From contig OZ241986.1 of NCBI GenBank assembly GCA_965204375.1, positions 2,848,001 through 2,912,000 on the forward strand: a stretch of DNA of 64,000 bases, read 5' to 3'. How positions within the stretch are numbered: position 1 is the first letter of the stretch; each line of letters begins with the position of its first letter. Below, piece after piece: positions 62,065 to 64,000 of the stretch. The DNA is from Candidatus Latescibacterota bacterium. GTDB lineage: Bacteria; Latescibacterota; UBA2968. Made by a program: the position numbers and the translations under genes. The notes beneath the pieces are model-generated. The model had not been told where the DNA came from and ran no database searches. It saw nothing but the letters and a program-made list of their open reading frames with translations.

Positions 62065-64000
62065 CTATTCACTTCGCAAAGAATCCACAGGATTAGCGCC
62101 CGCGGTTCTAACTGCTTGCCACCCCACCGTCATCAGCGCAATGATCAGCGTCAGCATCCCGCTCAAAATGAAAAACCCGACACTCAGATCAATGCGATAG
62201 GCGAAATTGTGGAGCCAACCGCTCATCGCGTAATAGGCGACTGGCCAGGCGAGGAGATTTGCCAGAATAACGGGCTTTACAAAATCCTTCGTAAACAGCA
62301 GCACGATATTCGCGACTGATGCCCCCAACACCTTCCGAATCCCGACCTCTTTCGTGCGCTGTTCCGCTATATAAGAAGCCAAACCAAACAGACCAAGGCA
62401 CGCGATACAAATAGCCAGCGCTGTCAGACCGCCGAGCATCTTACCGCGCTGTTCATCTGCGCGATACTGGCGTTCAAAATAATCGTCTAAAAAAGCGTAT
62501 TCAAATGGAGAATACGGAACGTAGGTCTCCCACTTCTCCTTCAAAAAATTCAGCGCATCCGAACTCCGATTGGGACGGATCCTGACCAAAAGATAATGAC
62601 CGCCACTCGGCGAAATATGCAAGAACATCGGTTCAATCTCCTGATAAAGAGATCGAACGTGAAAATCCTTCACCACGCCTATGACAGTACGCGGTCGGCT
62701 ATCCCGAAATACCAAAACCAATTCCTTACCAAGAGCTTCTTTAGGCGAACCCCAGCCAAAATGCACGACCGCTGTTTCATTTACAACAACAGCTTCAGAT
62801 GCGTCGGTCGAAAAATCTTTTGAAAAATCCCTTCCCTCAATTATCTCGATTCCAAGCGTTTTTATAAAATCGTGATCGACCGCATAGCCCGGCACTTGCA
62901 TTTCACCCTGCACGCCTTCCGGCTGCACCGGCCGTCTGATAAGTGGAAATACCGTTGATTGCGTTGGCACAGGTACACGAGATGACAGCGCGCAACTCAG
63001 GAGATCGGGACTCTGTAAAAAGTCTGCCTTGATCGATTCGTATTTTGCACGAAGATCTCGCTGTCTGAAAAGCGGCATAGAAATAACATTCGCCCTTTCA
63101 AACCCCAAATCCTTATTTTTTACATACGCCATCTGTGTATAAATAACGCTCGTACCTGTAATCAGCGCGATTGAAATGGCAAATTGGACAACCACGAGCG
63201 ATTGTCTGATACGCGAAGTTTGCGAACCTGCATGCCGCGCCCCCTTTAACACAGTCACGGGTTGAAATGCAGAAAGAAAAAACGCCGGATAACTTCCCGC
63301 GACAATACCCGTAGCAAGCGCGACACCAGCCAAACCCAATATCGCAGAGATACTGCTGTATTCAACGACCAATTGTTGACCGATCAAACGATTAAAAAGG
63401 GGCAGTGAAAGTTCGACAAGGGAGACCGCAAACAAAAGCGCAATAAATGCCAGCAGTGCAGATTCACCCACAAATTGCCGGATCAATTGCAGGCGATAAG
63501 CTCCTACAACCTTTCTTATGCCCACCTCCTTCGCACGTGCAGCAGAGCGCGCCGTCGAAAGATTCATAAAATTGATACAGGCAATCAAAAGCACAAAACA
63601 GGCGAGAGCGGTGAAGACATAGACGTGGACAATATCGCTATTCGGCTCGATCTCGTGACTCAAATTCGAGTAGAGATGGATTCTCGTAATGGGCTGCAAG
63701 AAAAATCTCACACCCAATCCACGCTCTGTCAGCGCCTCCCCCATGTATTTTTTTACAAACGCGGGAAATTTATCCTCAAGCTCATCGGGCGAATATCTCT
63801 TCGGAAGAACCACATAGGTATAAAGCAACGGATTTGACAGCCAATTCTTCAGAATAGCACTTGTCGCGCCTCTCTCATGTAAACTCGCATACGAAGCCAA
63901 AATATCGAATCTAAAATGAGAATTGCGCGGAACTTCCCGTATAATCCCCGTCACCGTGTAATGGTTTTGCAAGACAGGCGTTACAAATGTGAGAACCTCG
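62065..64000 (-). CDS. FtsX/MacB-type ABC permease (5' part outside window)
   Basis: IACINFMNLSTAR..RAKEVGIRKV, GLFGLA...EQRTKEVGIRKVLGAS, ANPVDSLRSE. Confidence 0.93.
   Translation of the reverse strand, partial: EVLTFVTPVLQNHYTVTGIIREVPRNSHFRFDILASYASLHERGATSAILKNWLSNPLLYTYVVLPKRYSPDELEDKFPAFVKKYMGEALTERGLGVRFFLQPITRIHLYSNLSHEIEPNSDIVHVYVFTALACFVLLIACINFMNLSTARSAARAKEVGIRKVVGAYRLQLIRQFVGESALLAFIALLFAVSLVELSLPLFNRLIGQQLVVEYSSISAILGLAGVALATGIVAGSYPAFFLSAFQPVTVLKGARHAGSQTSRIRQSLVVVQFAISIALITGTSVIYTQMAYVKNKDLGFERANVISMPLFRQRDLRAKYESIKADFLQSPDLLSCALSSRVPVPTQSTVFPLIRRPVQPEGVQGEMQVPGYAVDHDFIKTLGIEIIEGRDFSKDFSTDASEAVVVNETAVVHFGWGSPKEALGKELVLVFRDSRPRTVIGVVKDFHVRSLYQEIEPMFLHISPSGGHYLLVRIRPNRSSDALNFLKEKWETYVPYSPFEYAFLDDYFERQYRADEQRGKMLGGLTALAICIACLGLFGLASYIAEQRTKEVGIRKVLGASVANIVLLFTKDFVKPVILANLLAWPVAYYAMSGWLHNFAYRIDLSVGFFILSGMLTLIIALMTVGWQAVRTAGANPVDSLRSE

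Overview
Bacterial chromosomal window. The gene content (DUF6785/6784-type membrane proteins, sulfatase, many amidohydrolases, short intergenic tandem repeats) suggests a Latescibacterota/Gemmatimonadota/Poribacteria-like organism, but this is inference only. Most of it is metabolic or housekeeping: sulfatase, pgl, leuB, nagB, D-aminoacylase, an amidohydrolase/PLP catabolic cluster, pectate lyase, crcB, creD-like, M20 peptidase, oadGBA-birA, yejABEF-like ABC system, glnB-glnE, glgB. Accessory DNA sits at four places. (1) An IS1182-like element (15991-17830, perfect terminal IRs and a target duplication) splits a brnT toxin gene; its stop-less transposase reads through the IR in frame into the BrnT C-terminus. 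(2) higBA is followed by a GmrSD-like DUF262-HNH gene and a PD-(D/E)XK nuclease, closed by a decayed 70-bp copy of the higA 3' region and an orphan RHH antitoxin. (3) An AbrB/PIN toxin-antitoxin pair. (4) A defence-like island after glgB: N4/N6 methyltransferase, PD-(D/E)XK endonuclease, HhH glycosylase-like gene and a pentapeptide-FRG fusion with one internal stop, interleaved with gene relics. Intergenic DNA carries GTAG-type REP hairpins, 7-10-mer tandem repeats, and two octamer-armed elements that bracket a 9-kb minus-strand block. No rRNA, tRNA or CRISPR array was seen. All calls come from motif recognition by eye; no searches were run.
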